Source: Octopus vulgaris
Taxonomy: Eukaryota
DNA length: 64,000 nucleotides
Direction: 5' to 3'
NCBI GenBank assembly: GCA_951406725.2
Contig: OX597836.1
Coordinates: 10,850,001 to 10,914,000 of the forward strand
The position numbers and the translations under genes are program-made. Position 1 is the stretch's first letter. The number at the start of each line of letters is the position of its first letter. Positions 59,129 to 64,000 of this stretch are shown here, piece by piece. Under the pieces are notes generated by a model. The model was not told the origin of the DNA and searched no databases. It saw only the letters and a program-made list of their open reading frames with translations.

Positions 59129-59132
<4 letters not shown>

Positions 59133-59483
59133 TAGTTTTATTTTTATAGCGTGCTTTCACTTCACTACCGAGCGCAGCTCTGTGTGCCTTGGGTATGTGC
59201 TGTGATTTGTTGTGATGATCTGATGGTTATTGTATGGAAAGTGTTCTGCGTAGGATGTGTGCAGTGCCTAGTAGTGCAATTTTCTGTATGTTATATGTGT
59301 TTGTAAGTCCTGGTGTTTTTGTTATGTATTTGTCTGAATATTTTTTTATCATGCCTAATGCACCTACTATGATAGGAATTGTTTCTGTTTTCAGATTCCA
59401 CATTCTAGTTACCTCTATTTCCAGGTCTTTGTATTTGTTTTCAGATTCCACATTCTAGTTACCTCTATTTCCAGGTCTTTGTA

Positions 59484-59486
<3 letters not shown>
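59129..59486 (-). mobile_element. 5'-truncated R4/Dong-type non-LTR retrotransposon (third family)
   Basis: Uninterrupted KYKDLEIEVTRMWNLKTETIPIIVGALGMIKK...NIQKIALLGTAHILRRTLSIQ*; within (TAA)n; 50-bp tandem duplication at the 5' end. Confidence 0.92.
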
Positions 59487-59553
<67 letters not shown>

Positions 59554-60215
59554 GTCCCGACAATAACAGTAGGAGAAGCAAAACAAAAAAGACCGAATCA
59601 CCAGAAATGGTATAGCGCCAACCTAAATAACTTACAGTATTGGGTTCTCTCTCTCTCACTCGGTTCAAAATTCCAGATAGATAAAAAAAAGTACAAAAAA
59701 AACAAGAAAAATTATAAAACTCAATCGAATTACCCCAGTAGTTGAATCAATCCACTCAACACATTATCTTCCACAACTTTTAGTGAAATAAATAAAAGAA
59801 AACAAAAAAAAAGGATAAAAATAAATCAATCAATATTACCATCGATTACTATTTTCAGTCGCTTTTAGTTATTTCTAGGGTGAATTTCATGATCATGTGA
59901 CCGTAAATCAGTTTGGTTTGCCAGATTTATATCTACAACGTAACAGAAAGAAACGGCATATAACACTTGTAGTTTTTTGTTGTTATTGTTGTTGCTGTTG
60001 TTTAACCCCTGGTCACCTCATGCTCTTCTGATCGGATAATCAGAGGCGTTTCAGCCATCATTCGCAAACTTTTGTTTTGCAGAGAGATTGTATCGAGAGA
60101 TATATTCCTCATTTCGGGATCGATACAGTAAGTACAAATACAAGTAGTGAAGTCAATGCAATCGAATACACAGGAACTCTTAAAGTGCTGGTCTCTTGCC
60201 ACAATGTGAAACCGG

Positions 60216-60248
<33 letters not shown>

Positions 60249-60300
60249 TAAACACACACACACATAAAACACAAACACACACACACACACACGTATATAT

Positions 60301-60394
60301 ATTCTTTTATTGTTTTAGTCCTTTACTTGTTTCAGTCATTTGACAGCGGCTATGATGGAGCACCGCTTTTAGTCGGACAAATTGACCCCAGGAC
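60301..60394 (-). mobile_element. SINE family A tail fragment
   Basis: TTACTTGTTTCAGTCATTTGAC..GGAGCACCGC. Confidence 0.8.
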
Positions 60395-60443
60395 AATCTT
60401 AACAGGTGATATGAATTAAGGGTTTTTGTATATCTATCTATCA

Positions 60444-60571
<128 letters not shown>

Positions 60572-60710
60572 CTGGCTATAGCAGAATATCTCATCCTACT
60601 CTATTCTTCTTGACTTCCTTTTAATCTTTATATCTTGCTAATTGCTTAGAAATATAATTTAGTGTGAATTTATCAGTTGATAGCTTTATGATCCATACGT
60701 GTTAAATATC

Positions 60711-60836
60711 AGGGGCAGGAGTGGCTGTGTGGTAAGTAGCTTGCTTACCAATCACATGGTTCCGGGTTCCGGGCCGACCAAAGACTTGTGAGTGGATTTG
60801 GTAGACGGAAACTGAAAGAAGCCCGTCGTATATATG

Positions 60837-60874
<38 letters not shown>

Positions 60875-61100
60875 CGTGTGTGTGTGTTTGTGTGTCTGTG
60901 TTTGTCCTCCTAGCATTGCTTGACAACCGATGCTGGTGTGTTTACGTCCCCGTCACTTAGCGGTTCGGCAAAAGAGACCGATAGAATAAGTACTGGGCTT
61001 ACAAAAGAATAAGTCCCGGGGTCGAGTTGCTCGACTAAAAAAAGGCGGTGCTCCAGCATGGCCGCAGTCAACTGTCTGAAATAAGTAAAAGAAAAAGAAA
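60711..61100 (+). mobile_element. SINE family A lacking the CORE-like segment
   Basis: Junction GGTTCCGGGTT|CCGGGCCGACC at ~60768. Confidence 0.9.
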
Positions 61101-61461
61101 AACATCTCAGTGTTGCCAAACTCTGAAGGTCAACACAAATCCCACATTTTGGAATTTTTTTCGAACCAAATACACAAAAGAAACCTTTTTTTTTTTCATC
61201 AATAAAAACACATCTGAAACAGCTGTAGTGAACTTTAATATATCTACGTTCTTTCTTTACATATATATATATTATACTTATATTTAAGAACTTATAAACC
61301 AAGAAAATGGATTGTTCAGGATTTAATTTAAAAACACAACGATTATCTCTGTGCAGTGGCAACATCTGTTTGTTGGTGAGTTTTTTTTATCATATACTAT
61401 TACATAATTTCATAAATAAATATGATCCAACAACTGTGTACCGGCACGTCATCAGTTGAGT

Positions 61462-61845
61462 AAAACATATATATTGCATCATATTTGATGTTCACGACAA
61501 TTAGGTGATAATCTAAGTTCTGTATTTCTTACCAACACACAGCACCCATCAACTAAATCCTGTTAAGCATCAATACCTAAAAGAATAAAAAAATCAAATA
61601 TGGACGTTTAGAACAAGACAGACAATCGTACAAAACTGCACAGGACAAGCAAAACATATATATTGCATCATATTTGATGTTCACGACAATTAGCTGATAA
61701 TCTAAGTTCTGTATTTCTTACCAACACACAGCACCCATCAACTAAATCCTGTTAAGCATCAATACCTAAAAGAATAAAAAAATCAAATATGGACGTTTAG
61801 AACAAGACAGACAATCGTACAAAACTGCACAGGACAAGCAAAACA
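61462..61845. repeat. 189-bp tandem duplication (2 copies)
   Basis: 61462-61650 vs 61651-61839; one substitution seen; AAAACA at the junctions. Confidence 0.93.
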
Positions 61846-62324
61846 CACACAGACACACAAAGACACACACAATCAGAAACTAATAATTTTTGGTTATTTT
61901 CTCTAGTGTGTATTTAGCAAATCACATAGTTAAGATATTTACAGTTCCACCGTTATCTTAGAATATATTGATAAAACTGTCATTAGACAGATGTACTGAT
62001 AACTTCCACTCGAGTCTGTTATTGCTCGAAATGTTTGATGTATATTTTTTTCTCCTTCTTATTCCTTCTGTTTCCTTTGTTACCGTACATTTATTGTTAA
62101 TTGCTATTTTATCAAAAAGAGATGATGATAAGGAAAAGAAAAAAAAAGAAAAAAAAACAGAAAGACTATAATAGAAAAAATATATAAAAGATTTTGTCTA
62201 ATTGTTTTTCTATTATATAATTAATTTCATTTGGTCATTAACGTTAGTACACATAATGTTTTCTCGGCACAGCTTTTCTTTTCGAAATCTCTTTTCATCA
62301 GTTGAAGTTATATGTACACACACA

Positions 62325-62658
<334 letters not shown>

Positions 62659-62983
62659 CATGTTTGTATGTACTTTTCCTCAATAGAGTTTTCTGTAAAC
62701 TGTCGCTGTCTGTAAAGGCGTATGATTTTGTCATTGGTCTTTTTTTTAAATTCTGGTTGATGGTAGTACGTTTTGCCTGTCTTACTACATACTTTATACT
62801 AAACACACATACACACACACACTTACACACACACACACACACACACACTCACACACACATACACACAGACACACGTGTTGTGTTATATGCTGCTGTTTGT
62901 TTTATCATGTACTTTCCTTCAGAAACATGAATATATATTCCGCTATATGGCTTTTAGTTACTGTTGTTGTTGTTATTATTATC

Positions 62984-63014
<31 letters not shown>

Positions 63015-63093
63015 TTATTATGACTGAGTGTTCGTATGTAATATACATGCATTTATATAAACACATCCCCAAATAGATACACACATAGATATA

Positions 63094-63157
<64 letters not shown>

Positions 63158-64000
63158 CATATATATGTATATATATATATATATATGTATATATATGAAC
63201 ACACACATATATATATGTATTTATATATATGCATATATATCATTTATATACAGATAAGTGTGTGTGTGTTCATATACAAGCATGTGCATATACACAGAAA
63301 GAGGCAATTCACACTTGTAGTTTCCTTTCTTCACACAAACACATACTTGCTTGGACGCACACACACATGGACACGCACATACACACACACATGCACGCAC
63401 ACACGCACACACGCTCGTACACAAAGACACCCACGTCCCACATACGCTCACTTCCCCATGCTTCTTGTAAATATCACATCGTCGCAAACACGTAAGTGAA
63501 CTCTAGGTACCTGATGACTATCGTATGTAAATGTATTTATAAATCTACATATACACAAACACACATACACACATACACACACACATATGTACCCATAAAC
63601 GCTCATCTATATGAAGGTGCTTATATATTTATAACTATGTAGGTGTGTGTGTGTTTTATTTGTTTACAACAGTAAGTTCATATGTAAGTACTTAAACACA
63701 GTTTCCGAAATTTGGAGTAGAAGCCGACAGTTTCACAAAAAATAGTCTAACTTCTAGCAACACAGAGCACTGGTAACTTAAATATAAACACCTCGGTTTT
63801 GACAAACGATCTTGTTTTGGTGTCTTGCAAATTACCGTTCGAATACTTTCCTTGGAAGTGCAGCTAGCTATACGACATTTTATGGGATATTTTAGCGTTA
63901 AACCACCCTAACCGACGTATCAAGCACTGTGAGAACCCACCCACCCACCCACCGATTCTGTTTGATTTCTATCAAAATGAAAAGGCTCAGATTGATGCAA

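Overview
AT-rich, non-coding animal genomic DNA. It is most likely intronic or intergenic DNA from an octopus or other coleoid cephalopod; this is inferred from the SINE families and extreme microsatellite density, not from a database search. No intact protein-coding gene, rRNA, tRNA gene or CRISPR array is supported. Nearly all ORF-track entries are translations of microsatellites ((TA)n, (CA)n, (TCTA)n, (AAT)n, (CTT)n). The non-microsatellite DNA is mostly transposon remnants: four tRNA-derived SINE families (my labels A-D), 3' ends of R4/Dong-type non-LTR elements inside (TAA)n arrays, a non-coding ~550-bp element also in (TAA)n, Penelope-like element (PLE) GIY-YIG remnants, a CR1-group LINE fragment, mariner and maT (DD37D) transposase relics, and Helitron/Helentron-type non-autonomous elements, one nested in another. 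The most notable pattern is about 11 type-I hammerhead-ribozyme motifs: three with intact cores, the rest decayed. Most lie a short distance upstream of a (TA)n array and two lie directly 3' of PLE endonuclease remnants. All calls were made by eye, so boundaries are approximate.
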